The position numbers and the translations under genes were made by a program. A stretch of 63,939 nt of DNA, counting the filler, from Chiloscyllium plagiosum (Eukaryota): the NCBI RefSeq assembly GCF_004010195.1. It is 6 parts of one record of this genome, joined end to end, with 100 filler letters (N's around TTAATTAATTAA, not from the genome) between each part and the next. Parts side by side here need not be neighbours in the genome. Positions count along the whole stretch, not along the records: positions 1 to 31,436 come from NC_057710.1; positions 31,537 to 46,198 come from NC_057710.1; 4 more parts are not named here. The stretch is one strand, 5' to 3'. The notes under the pieces are model-generated. The model was not told where the DNA came from, did not search any database, and saw only the letters and a program-made list of their open reading frames with translations. Positions 26,420 through 37,937 of this stretch are shown piece by piece. Within the stretch, counting starts at the first letter, position 1; the number at the start of each line of letters is the position of its first letter.

Positions 26420-26608
26420 ATTTGTGTGGGTTTCCTCCGGGTGCTCCGGTTTCTTCTCACAGTCCAAAGATGTGCAGGTCAGGTGAATTGGCCATGCTAA
26501 ATTGCCCGTAGTGTTAGGTAAGGGGTAAATGTAGGGGTATGGGTGGGTTGCGCTTCGGTGGGTCAGTGTGGATTTGTTGGGCCGAAGGGCCTGTATTCTA
26601 ATCTAATC
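26420..26608 (+). repeat. HE1 SINE, 5'-truncated
   Basis: GTGGGTTTCCTCCGGGTGCTCCGGTTTC...GGCCGAAGGGCCTGT, tail TCTAATCTAAT. Confidence 0.85.
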
Positions 26609-26904
26609 CTTAATGTACTTGTATATAATGAGCTTCTTAACCTACCCCTGCCATCAGAGGAAAATAGAAAGTCAAAGAGTTTCTGTATGGGAAGGAAAGC
26701 TAAACCAAAAATATAAGTTATCCATCAATGAGCGCGTGCGGGGACTTCTAAGAAACAGATTATTAGTATCATCACAGGAACTCTGGGAAATGTTGAATGG
26801 CACTGACGAATGAGAAAGAGGAGAATATAGAATAAATAACTTCTTAAAAAAACAACCAAGATACTTGCTTCCACATTATTCTATTATGACTTAATACTCT
26901 TGGT

Positions 26905-28618
26905 AAAAGTGAGGACTGCAGATGCTGGAAACCAGAGTTTAGGTCAGAGTGGTGCTGGAAAAGCACAGCAGGTCAGGAAGAATCCAAGGAGCAGGAAAAT
27001 CAATGTTTCGGGCAAAAGCCCTTCATCAGGAATAGAGACAGGAAGCCTCCAGGGTAGAGAGGTAAATGGGTGAGAGTGGGGCTGGGGAGAAGGTAGCAAA
27101 GAGTACAATAGGTGAATGGGGGTGGGGATGGAGGTGATAGGTCAGAGAGGAGGGTGGAGTGGATAGGTGGGAAGGAAGATTGGCAGGAAGGACAGGTCAT
27201 GGGGACAGTGCTGAGCTGGAAGTTTGGAACTGAGGTAAGGTGGGGGGAGGGGAAATGAGAAAACTGCTAAAGTCCACATTGATGCCCTGGATTTGAAGTG
27301 TTCCGAGGCTCAACATGAGGTGTTCTTCCTCCAGGCATCGGGTGGGGAGGGAGCGGCAGTGAAGGAGGCCCAGGACTTGCATGTCTTCGGCAGAGTGGGA
27401 GGGGGAATTGAAATGTTGGGCCACGGGGCGGTGTGGTTGATTGGTGCGGGTGTCTCGGAGATGTTCCCGGGAGGCGTCCAGTCTCCCCATTGTACAGGAG
27501 ACCACATCAGGAGCAACGGATACAATAAATTATATTGGTGGATGTCCAGGTGAAACTTTGATGGATGTGGAAGGTTCCTTTGGGGCCTTGGATAGAGGTG
27601 AGGGAGGAGGTGTGGGCGCAGGTTTTGCAATTCCTGCGGGTGGCAGGGGAAGGTGCTAGGATGGGAGGGTGGGCTGTAGGGGGGTGTGGACCTGACCAGG
27701 TAGTCACGGATGGAACGGTCTTTGCGGAAAGGGGTGGGGAGGGAAATATATCCCTGGTTGTGGGGTCCGTTTGGAGTGGCNNNNNNNNNNNNNNNNNNNN
27801 NNNNNNNNNNNNNNNNNNNNNNNNNNNNNNNNNNNNNNNNNNNNNNNNNNNNNNNNNNNNNNNNNNNNNNNNNNNNNNNNNNNNNNNNNNNNNNNNNNNN
27901 NNNNNNNNNNNNNNNNNNNNNNNNNNNNNNNNNNNNNNNNNNNNNNNNNNNNNNNNNNNNNNNNNNNNNNNNNNNNNNNNNNNNNNNNNNNNNNNNNNNN
28001 NNNNNNNNNNNNNNNNNNNNNNNNNNNNNNNNNNNNNNNNNNNTGGGGAGTGTTGCCGGTGTAATTACGGAAGCTGGACTGTTCTACGTAGCCAACAAAG
28101 AGACAGGCATTGCTGGGGCCCATACGTGTGCCCATGGCTACCCGTTTGGTCTGGAGGAAGTGGGAGGATTCAAAGGAGAAATTGTTAAGGGTGAGGACCA
28201 GTTCAGCCAAACGACTGAGAGTGTCAGTGGAAGGGTACTGTTGGGGACGTCGGGAGAGGAAGAAATGGAGGGCTTGGTGGCCCTGGTCATGGCAGATGGA
28301 GGTGTAGAGGGATGAGATATCCATGGTGAAGATGAGGCGTTGAGGGCCAGGGAAACAGAAGTCTTGGAGGTGGTGGAGGGAGTGGGTGGTGTCTCGAACG
28401 TATGTTGGGAGTTCCTGGACTAGGGGGGATAGGACAGTGTCGAGGTAGGTAGAGATGAGTTCAGTGGAGCAGGAGCATGCTGAGACAATGGGTCGGCCAG
28501 GGTGGTCATGCTTGTGGATCTTGGGAAGGAGGTGGAATCGGGCAGTGCGGGGTTCCCGGACTGGAGGCTTCCTGCCTCTATTCCTGATGAAGGGCTTTTG
28601 CCCGAAATGTCGATCTCC
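26905..28618 (-). mobile_element. Penelope-like element (RT + GIY-YIG) with an inverted terminal pLTR piece and a 15-bp TSD
   Basis: EPRTARFHLLPKIHK..GRPIVS, TMDISSLYTSI and AMGTRMGPS. The inverted pLTR lies at 28561-28618. CTTAAT(A/T)CTCTTGGT occurs at 26890-26904 and 28619-28633. Confidence 0.92.
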
Positions 28619-31295
28619 CTTAATTCTCTTGGTGTTTGGCAGCTTTGCTATAATGTCTCCCTGGGAATCCAGACACCCCCCTGTGATGTTGGAATCACAA
28701 CATTGGAATGTCAGCCTACACTTTGTGCTCAAGTGGCAGTAATGCCAACTGAATCAAAGGTATCAGTTCTACCCTGAATCATGTTAACACTTTTATCCAG
28801 TACATGCTGTTTTTATTTGCTTTCAGTATTTCCAAGGTGACACCTGATTCTTGTGAAAATATACCTTCTTTAGTGTGGTTACCCCCGCAGGCAACCTGCT
28901 GTGGTCAAACTTGGTGGCTCGTTCTCCTCAAAAATGTGACCATCAGCTGAAATTCTGCACTGCTCAGGAAATTGGCCTTGTGTTCATCAAGATGTCATGA
29001 GGTTAAGTGGAACTGATTTGTTTATGCAAACTTTGTTTTGAGATTAGTCAAGATAGAACATTCTTCTGTAGATGAGAAAAGATCTTGTGGTCCAGCCAAA
29101 TGTAAAAAGAATTTAATTTTGATTCCAGAATGAAGTTGAGCTCTTTTTGAAACTTCTGGCATGTGAAAAGCTGAGGCTCTCAGCATCTTGATGTGTTTTA
29201 AATCCTGTGCAGGTTTGACAATATTATCTCAATTGTGAAAGATAAATATTTGAATTTCTTAGTTCCTGAATGAACCGTACATTGGAAAGAAAGGGGATTT
29301 TTATAAAAATGATTCCTTTATTCATGGGATGTGGGTATCAATGGTAGGGTCATACCTCGTTTCCCTTGAGAAAGTGGTGCTACTCTTCTTGAACTGCTGC
29401 AGTCCATATGGTGAGTCCTATATACTGCAAGGTAGGAGGTGCCAAGATTTTGATCCAAAGAACAAAGAAAATTTACAGCCCAGGAACAGGCCCTTCGGCC
29501 CTCCAAGCCTGAGCCGATCCAAATGTACTGTCTAAACCTGTTGGTCAATTCCTAAGCATTTGTATCCCTCTGCTCCCCACCTACTCATGCATCTGTCCAG
29601 ACGCATCTTAAATGAATCTACCATGCCTGCCTCCACCACCTCTGCTGGCAAAGTGTTCCAAACGCCCACCACCCTCTGTGTGAAGTATTTGCCACGTGTA
29701 TCCCGCTTAAACTTTCCACCGCTCACCTTGAAAGCGTGACCTCTCGTTATTGAATCCTTCACCCTGGGAAAAAGTTTGTCTCTATCCACTCTGTCTATAC
29801 CCTTCATGATTTTGTAAACATCAATCAGGTCCCCTCTCAATCTCCTTTTTTTCTAATGAAAATAAACCGAACCTACTCAACCTCTATTCCATACCAGGCA
29901 ACATCCTCATCTGCACCCTCTCCAAAGCATCCACATCCTTTTCGTAATGTGGCGCCCAGAACTGTACACAGTATTCTAAATGCGGCCGAACCAATGTCTT
30001 GTACAATTTTAACATGGCTTGCCAGCTCTTATACTTAATACCCTGTCCAATGAAGGCAAGCATACTATATGCCTTGTTGACCACTCTATCCACCTGTGCA
30101 GCAACCTTCAGGGTACAATGGACCTGCACTCCCAGATCTCTCTGCCTATCAACTTTTCCCAAGGCTCTTCCATTCATTGCATCATTCGCTCTAGAATTAG
30201 TCTTGCCTAAATGCATCACCTCACATTTGTCTGGATTGAAAACCATCTGCCACTTTTCCACCCAACTCTCCAGTCTATCTATATCCTCCTGTATTCTCTG
30301 ACAGTCCCTTATGCTTTCTGCTACTCCACCAATCTTAGTGTCATCTGCAAATTTGCTGATCATACCAACAGTGCCCTCTTCCAGATCATTTATGTATATC
30401 ACAAACTACAGTGGCCCCAACACTGATCCCTGTGGAACACTACTGGTCACCTTTCTCCATTTCGAGAAATTCCTTCAACTACTACTCTCTGTCTCCTGTT
30501 GCTCAACCAGTTCTTTATTCACCTAGCTAGAACACCCTGCACACCATGTGACTTCACTATCTCCACTGGTCTACCATGGGGAACCTTATCAAATGCCTTC
30601 CTAAAGACCATGTATATGATATCAACAGCCCTTCCTTCATCTATCAACTTAGTCACTTCCTCGAAGAACTCTATTAAGTTGGTAAGGCACGATCTCCCTT
30701 GCACAAAACCATGTTGCCTATCACTGATAAGGCCGTTCTTTTCTAAATATCAATAAATCCTCTCCCTCAGTACATTCTCCAGCAACTTTTCCACCACCGA
30801 CATCAGGCTCACTGGTCTGTAGTTACCCGGAATATCCCTACTTCTTATATAGGGGGACAACATGAGCAACCCTCCAGTCCTCCAGCACTTCACCTGTGTT
30901 TAAGGATGCCACAAAGATATCTGTCAGGGCCCCAGCTATTTCCTCTCTCGCCTCCCTCAGCAACCTGGGATAGATCCCATCCGGTCCTGGGGATTTGTCC
31001 ACCTTAATAACCTCTACCCTACCCAACACATCTTCCCTACTTATGTCAACATGATACAGACTAATCAAACTTCTATCTCTAATCTCAACATTCATCATGT
31101 TCCTCTCCTCAGTGAACACTGATGCAAAGTAATCATTCAGAATCTCACCCATTCTCTCAGGTTTGGCACACAGCCTTCCTTCATTATCCTTTAGTGGACC
31201 AATCCTTTCTCTAGTTACCCACTTGCTTCTTATATAAGAATAAAATGCTTTGGGCATCTCCTTAATTCTGCTCGCTAAAGTTATTTCATGACCCC

Positions 31296-31726
31296 GGATC
31301 AGTGGTGCTGGAAGAGCACAGCAATTCAGGCAGCATCCGAGGACAGGCAAAATCGACGTTTCGGGCAAAAGCCCTTCATCAGGAATAAAGGCAGAGAGCC
31401 TGAAGCGTGGAGAGATAAGCTAGAGGAGGGGGGGGGNNNNNNNNNNNNNNNNNNNNNNNNNNNNNNNNNNNNNNNNNNNNTTAATTAATTAANNNNNNNN
31501 NNNNNNNNNNNNNNNNNNNNNNNNNNNNNNNNNNNNCTGGAAGAGCACAGCAATTCAGGCAGCATCCGAGGACAGGCAAAATCGACGTTTCGGGCAAAAG
31601 CCCTTCATGGGCTTTTGCCCGAAACGTCGATTTTGCCTGTCCTCGGATGCTGCCTGAATTGCTGTGCTCTTCCAGCACCACTGATCCAGAATCTGGTTTC
31701 CAGCATCTGCAGTCATTGTTTTTACC
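31296..31726. mobile_element. Penelope pLTR insertion with a fold-back end and a 15-bp TSD (spans a scaffold gap)
   Basis: TTATTTCATGACCCC at 31281-31295 and 31727-31741. Near-perfect palindrome at 31538-31674. Confidence 0.85.
31437..31536. other. Artificial scaffold spacer N-TTAATTAATTAA-N (also near 46243, 53554, 58860 and 62647)
   Basis: The same 12-mer, with stops in all six frames, centred in ~100-bp N blocks five times. Confidence 0.95.
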
Positions 31727-32269
31727 TTATTTCATGACCCCTTCTAACCTGCTTGATTCCTCATTTAAGACTTGTCCTCCTCTTCCGATATTCCTCCAGA
31801 GCCCGTTCTGTTCTTAGCTGCCTAGACCTTATGTACTCTTCCCTTTTCCTCTTGGCTAGTCATACAATTTCTCCTGTCATCCATGGTTCACAAATCTTTC
31901 CCTTCCTATCCTTTGCCTTCAACGGGACATGCCTATCCTGCACTATCTTTAACCTATCTTTGAAAGCCTCCCACATCTCAAATGTGGACTTACCTTCAAA
32001 TAGCTGTGTCCAATCCATATTTCCGAACTCCTGCCTAATTTTGCTATAATTGGCCTTGGCCCCATTTAGTACTCTTCCCTATGACCACTCTCTTTTTTAT
32101 CTATGAGTATTTTAAAACATACAGAATTGTGGTCACTGTTCCCAAAGAAATCCCCCACCGCAACTTCTACCACCTGTCCTGGCTCTCTCCCCAACACCAG
32201 GTCCAATATGGCCCCTTCCCTCGTCGGACTATTGACATACTGCTCTAGAAAACTCTCCTGGATAGAATA

Positions 32270-32558
32270 AATGCAGGGAGGATGTTCCTGAAGACCAGGG
32301 AACCAAGGCTCACAGTGGGCACCCATTTAGGACTGAGATATGGAGACATTTCTTTACCCAGAGCTTGGTGAACCTGGAGAATTCTCTGCCACAGAGAGAG
32401 GTTTAGGCCAAAGCATTGAATGTTTTCAAGTAGAAGTTAGACATAAGAGAGCTTAAGGCTAAAAGGATCAAAGAGCGTGGGGAGAAAGTGGGAACAAGGA
32501 ACTAAGTTGGATGATCAGCATGATTGTATTGAATACCGAAGCAGGCCTGAAGGGCCAA
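32270..32558 (+). mobile_element. CR1 3' fragment
   Basis: TTTCTTTACCCAGAG...GGATGATCAGCATGATTGTATTGAAT...GAAGGGCCAAAT. Confidence 0.7.
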
Positions 32559-33624
32559 ATGGGAGAAAGTGAGGACTTTGTAGAGATAATGCGGCCATAC
32601 ACAAACCCACTGACTCCCACAGCTACCTAGGTCACACCAACTCCCATCCTACCTCCTGTAAAATGGCTATCCCTTATTCCCAATTCCTCCGCCGTATCTG
32701 CTCCCAGGAGGACCAATTCACCACAGAACACACTAGATGGCCTCCTTCTTCAAAGACCGCAATTTCCCTTCCCACATGGTAGATGATGCCCTCCACCGCA
32801 TCTCATCCACTCCCCGCACCTCCACGCTTGATCCCACTCCTCCAACTGTAACAAGGTCAGAACCTCCCTGGTCCTCACCTTCCACCCACCAATCTCCAGA
32901 TACATCACATCATCCTCCACCATTTCTGCCACCTACAAGCAGACCCCAGCACCAGGGATATATTTCCCTCCTCACCCCATTTGCGTTCCATAAAGACCAT
33001 TCCCTCCACGACTCTCTTGTCTGGTCCACGTCCCCCATCAACTCACCATCCCCTTCCAGCATCTTCCCCCCTCACCTCCATCCAAAGCCCCAAAGGAGCC
33101 TTCTACAACTGTCAGAGATTTACCTACACTTCCACATATGTGGAATCCCTTGTTCCCGATGCAGTCTTCTCGTCATTGGGGAGACAGGACGCCTACTTGC
33201 AGAATGTTTCAGAGAACATCTCTGGGACACAGGCACGAAACAACCCCACCACCCCATGGCCGAATATTTTATCTCCACCTCCCACTCCCCCAAGGACCTG
33301 CAGGTCCTGGGCCTCCTCCATCGCCAAACCCTTACCACCACCCACCTGGAGGAAGAAAGTCTCATTTTCCACCTTAGGACCCTCCAACCACATGGGATCA
33401 ATGTGGATTTCACCGGTTTCCTCATTTCCCCTTCCACCACTTTATCTCAGTTCCAACCTTCCAACTATGCACTGCCCTCTTGATCTGTCCTACCTGTCCA
33501 TCTTCCTTCATTTATCTCTCAGTCCGTTTGGCCACGAGCCTCATTCCTTATGCCCGAAATGTCGACTCGCCTGCTCCTCGGATGCTGCCTGACCAGCTGT
33601 GCTTTTCCAGCACCACTCTCAACT
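32559..33624 (+). mobile_element. Penelope-like element, 3' part (GIY-YIG + pLTR), with a 12-bp TSD
   Basis: ORF 32737-33483: IPCSRCSLLVIGETGRLLAECFREHL..LQPHGINVDF. CTGAAGGGCCAA occurs at 32547-32558 and 33625-33636. Confidence 0.9.
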
Positions 33625-35484
33625 CTGAAGGGCCAACGCCCCACTTCTTGTCCTATTTTCAATGTTTAATATTGTTCCTTAGGATATTGACAGTGGGGGA
33701 ATTTAACGGTGATGAAGCCATTGAATATCGAGGAGGAGTGATTAAACTCTTGTTGGAGGTGCCATTGCTTGATATTTGTGACACTTGTTGCCACTTGTAA
33801 GTCCAAACCTGGATGATGTCAAGATCTTGTGATACAGGAACATGCATTTCTTCATTATCTGAAGAGTTGCAAATTGAGCTGAAAATTGGGGTCTATGGGG
33901 TGAATTTGCATTTGCAGATTTGTATTTGCAGATATAAATTTTGTTTAAAAAGCACTCAATCTGTAGGCGGTCAGTCAATGTGACATTTAATAAATTCCTA
34001 CTTTGGAAATAGAACCAGTCTGACTGAAGGATGAGATACAGACAGACTCTAACCTCACACCTTTAATGCATTGTCTGAGCTGAGATGTCACTTTTTTAAT
34101 ATACTGATAAAACCTTAAGTTACCTCAGGGCTGTGACTTTAAAGAAATTCTGGCATTTATATATTAATCAATTGAAACCTGCATTCCCTTTCTCAGTGAT
34201 TAAATCTACATTTGTTCAATACATGGCATCAGTTGGGTGACACTTTGACCTTTTACTATAAATTCTGTGTCCTATGGACCTGCCCCACTAGCTACCTGAC
34301 AAAGAAGCAGCACTCTAGAAGTTTGTCCTTCCAAACAAAACTGTTGGACTATAACCTGGTGTTGTGTGATTTTTAACATTGTCTACCCCAATTCAAAACC
34401 TGCACCTCCACATCATTGACAAATAGAGTATCCCCAAGAGACAAGGTCATTGGAGAAAGGTCATTGATCAAGCAGCTGACAGTGATTGGGCCAAGGACAC
34501 TAATCTGGCGAACTCCAGGGCAACTCTCAGTCCTGGAGATTAGATGACTGACCTCCAAGAGCCATAATCATCTTCTTTTATGCCAGGTATGACTCCAATT
34601 GGCAGATGATGTTCCTCCTTATCACCATTAATTTAAATTTTATAATAGCTCCTTAGTGAGGAAGGCAATAAGCTAGTGGTGTTATCGCTAGACTATAAAT
34701 CCAGAAACTCAGCTAATGTTCCAGGGACCCGGGTTCGAATCCTGCCACAGCAGAAAGTGGAATTTGAATTCACTAAAAAAAAATGGAAATATGTATCTAC
34801 TGATGACTGTGAAACCTTTACCATTTGGCAGAAAAACTGTTCCTTTAGGGAAAGAAATTCTTCACCTGGTCTGGCCTACACATGACTCCAGACCCACAGT
34901 GACTCTTAACTGAAATGGCCTCAGTTATATCGATAGCTATGGACCACCTGGCATCGACCTAGGCAACAGCAAAAACAGCCCAGTCACCCCTGCAAAGTCT
35001 TCTTTACTAACATCTTGGCACTAGTGTCAAAACCAGGAGAGCTGTCTCACAGACTAGTCATATTTACAGACAATATCCCAGACACCGCTATCACCATCCC
35101 TGGATATTCCTTATCCCACTGGCAGGATAGACCCAGCAGAGTTGGCTGCACAGTGATATACAGTCAGAAGGATTTCCCCTGGGAGCCCTGAACCTTATGA
35201 AGCCTCAGGTTACACATGGGCAAGTAATCCTCCTGCTGATTACCATATACTGTCCTCCCTTGGCTGATGAATCTGCACTCCGCCATGACGAACAACATAT
35301 GGAGGAAGCAGGGAAGGCGGCAAGGGTGCAAAATGTATCCTGGGTGGGAGACTTCAATGTCTAGTGGCTTGGCCACAATTCTACTGATCGTGCTAATCAG
35401 GACCTAAAGGACATAGCTACTAGACTGGGTCTGCAACAGGCAGGAAGGCAACTAAGAGGGAAAAATGTACTTGATCTCTTTTCA

Positions 35485-35510
35485 ATACTTACCTGGCAGA
35501 GGAGATACCA
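35485..35510 (+). pseudogene. RNU1: U1 snRNA 5' fragment (nt 1-26)
   Basis: ATACTTACCTGGCAGAGGAGATACCA versus vertebrate U1 ATACTTACCTGGCAGGGGAGATACCA (25/26, reference from memory). The rest of U1 is absent. Confidence 0.85.
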
Positions 35511-35825
35511 GATTAAGAGTGGAGCTTCGAGTCATCAGAGCTAGTGGAGATCATTGCTGGATCGTGATTGGACGTTGGAGGATTGTTTGGTTGTGCTGAC
35601 CTGTTCTTGATGGATCTTCATGCTGGCTTCGGCCTAACACCAATTGAGGGACCAACCAACCTCGGAGCTTTGGCCTCAGGAGCCACCCGCAGCCTAGGCC
35701 AGGGCATTCGCAAAACAGTGACTGTGAAGAAGGTGGAGGATTGTACACCTGTCGATCGGACAGTATTTGCCAAGAAGGTTCTGCTGGAGTGCTGTAGGTT
35801 TGATGAGCAGTGCCAGTCTGTATGA

Positions 35826-37377
35826 GCTTTGGGGAGGGAATCTGCAATTGGATCAGACTGCTCTACACCAACATTGTCAGTGCAGTCTCAATCAACGGGT
35901 GGGAATCAGATAGCTTCCCAGTCAGATCTGGAGTCAGGCATGGCTGCCCCCTCTCTCCTGCCTTGTTTGTGTGCTGCATAGAGCGATTTGCCGAGTCCAT
36001 CAGGAAGGATGTGAGCCTGAGAGGGGTGACTATTCCTGGCAGCAGGGACCTGCAGGTTAAGGCCTCCCTGTACATGGATGACGTCGGCGTTTTCTGCTCG
36101 GATCCACTGTCCGTGCACAGACTCATGTGCATATGTGACCAGTGCGAACGGGCCTCAGGGGCCAAGATCAACCGAGGCAAGAGCGAGGCCATGCTCTCCG
36201 GGAACTGGGCCGACCAATCCTTGATCCCCTTCACCGTCAGGACCGACCACCTGAAGGTGCTGGGTATTTGGTTCGGAGGGGCTGGGGCGTGCGCCAAGTC
36301 TTGGGAGGAGCGTATCAGCAAAGTGAGGCAGAAACTGGGCAGATGGAAGCAACGGTCGCTCTCCATCGCAGGAAAAAACCTGGTCATCAGGTGTGAGGCA
36401 CTGTCATTGCTATTATACGTGGCACAGGTCTGGCCTATTCCCAGAACCTGTGCCGCTGCAGTCACCCGGGCCATCTTCCAGTTTATATGGAGGTCAAAGA
36501 TGGACCGAGTCTGAAGGGACTCACTGTACAAAGATCTGGGCAACGGGGGAAAAAATACACCCAATGCCACCCTCAACCTGATGGCCACCTTTGTGTGTGG
36601 CTGCATCAAGCTGTGCGTGGATCCCCGGTACGCAAACACCAAGTGTCACTACGTACTGAGGTTCTACCTGCCACCGGTGTTGCGAAGGATGGGCCTGGCC
36701 CCGCTGCCGCGGAACGCTCCGAGTAGTTGGACCGATCCGTATCACCTGTCCATCGTGGAGAAGTTTATGAAGAAAAACACCTTTGACCACAAATCCATCA
36801 GGAAGTGGTCAGCACGTAGTGTCCTTGAGACCCTTCGGGAAAAGGAGAGGGCAGATCCTGTCGAGCGGTTCCCTGAGCAGACTGTCAAAGCCAGTTGGCA
36901 GAATGCCTCATCGCCAGAACTTTCCAACAAGCACCAAGACATGGCTTGGCTGGTGGTGAAAAGGGCTCTGCCTGTGAGATCCTTTATGCACGCCCAGACT
37001 CTCCCGGTCCGAAACCTGATGATCTTCCAGCTGAAGGAGTTGAACCCGACTGAGTGCTGCAGTCTGGCACATTCCAAGGTCCAGGACTACGTGTTGAGGG
37101 ATGCGCTGAAGCTTGGGGCAGCTGCCGCCAAGGCGCGGTGGGGAAAGACCACTGTGTAAAGTCTGCCTGCCTAATGAAGAACAGGGGGTCCATGCAGTCA
37201 TTTGGGCTCTGCTGACGCCTCAGCTAATTATATGGGCATATGATTGAAAAATGTACAGACCTGTATAAAAATGATAAATTCTGATCTCTGTATGTACATG
37301 TTTACATATGTATGGTATGACCAACTGTACAGACCAAATTATTTTATGAATAAAGTATATTTTTGAAATAAAAAAAA
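35826..37377 (+). mobile_element. 5'-truncated Tx1-clade copy (inner), with a 16-17 bp TSD
   Basis: GVRHGCPLSPALF and YMDD motifs, AATAAA and poly(A). GTGCCAGTCTGTATGA occurs at 35810-35825 and 37378-37393. Confidence 0.92.
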
Positions 37378-37473
37378 GTGCCAGTCTGTATGACGCGAAG
37401 CCGACCGACAGCGCGATCTCCCAGACGTTCCTGTCTCAATCAATGGGTGGGAATCAGGTAGCTTCCCAGTCAA

Positions 37474-37802
37474 ATTAGATTAGATTAGATTAGATTAGAT
37501 TAGATTACAGTGTGGAAACAGGCCATTTGGCCCAACAAGTCCACACCGACCCGCCGAAGCGAAACCCACCCATACCCCTACATTTACCCCTTACCTAACA
37601 CTACGGGCAATTTAGTATGGCCAATTCACCTGACCTGCACATCTTTTGGACTGTGGGAGGAAACCGGAGCCCCCGGAGAAACCCACGCAGACACGGGGAG
37701 AACGTGCAAACTCCACACAGTCAGTCGCCTGAGTCGGGAATTGAACCCGGGTCTCTGGCGCTGCGAGGCAGCAGTGCTAACCACTGTGCCACCGTGCCGC
37801 CC
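37474..37802 (-). repeat. Full-length HE1 SINE
   Basis: The minus strand starts GGGCGGCACGGTGGCACAGTGGTTAGCACTG (A-box), then GGGTTCAATTCCCG (B-box), a CR1-like 3' end and a (TCTAA)n tail. Confidence 0.93.
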
Positions 37803-37807
37803 ACTGG

Positions 37808-37937
37808 AGGAGAAAGTGAGGTCTGCAGATGCTGGAGATCAGAGCTGGAAATGTGTTGCTGGAAAAGCGCAGCAGGTCAGGCAGCATCCAGGGAACAGGA
37901 GAATCGACGTTTCGGGCATAAGCCCTTCTTCAGGAAT
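37808..37937 (-). mobile_element. Penelope pLTR fragment
   Basis: GAGAAAGTGAGGTCTGCAGATGCTGG...GTTTCGGGCATAAGCCCTTCTTCAGGAAT. Confidence 0.88.

Larger units (their letters stand above)
29457..32262 (-). mobile_element. CR1 LINE ORF2 (EN to 3' end), interrupted by a PLE
   Basis: PTREGAILDLVLG..SDHN, KSPGPDGIYPRLL, SKFADDTKIGG, RPHLEYCVQFWAP. The tail is at 29457-29470. Confidence 0.92.

Noticed and set aside
31481..31492. Repeated TTAATTAATTAA palindrome (5 copies)
   Set aside because: Always embedded in N blocks; an artificial contig spacer, not biology.
35485..35650. Functional U1 snRNA gene
   Set aside because: Only ~26 nt match. There is no stem-loop II-IV, Sm site or upstream snRNA promoter context.
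37730..37802. tRNA gene
   Set aside because: It is the tRNA-derived head of an HE1 SINE, with SINE body and tail attached.
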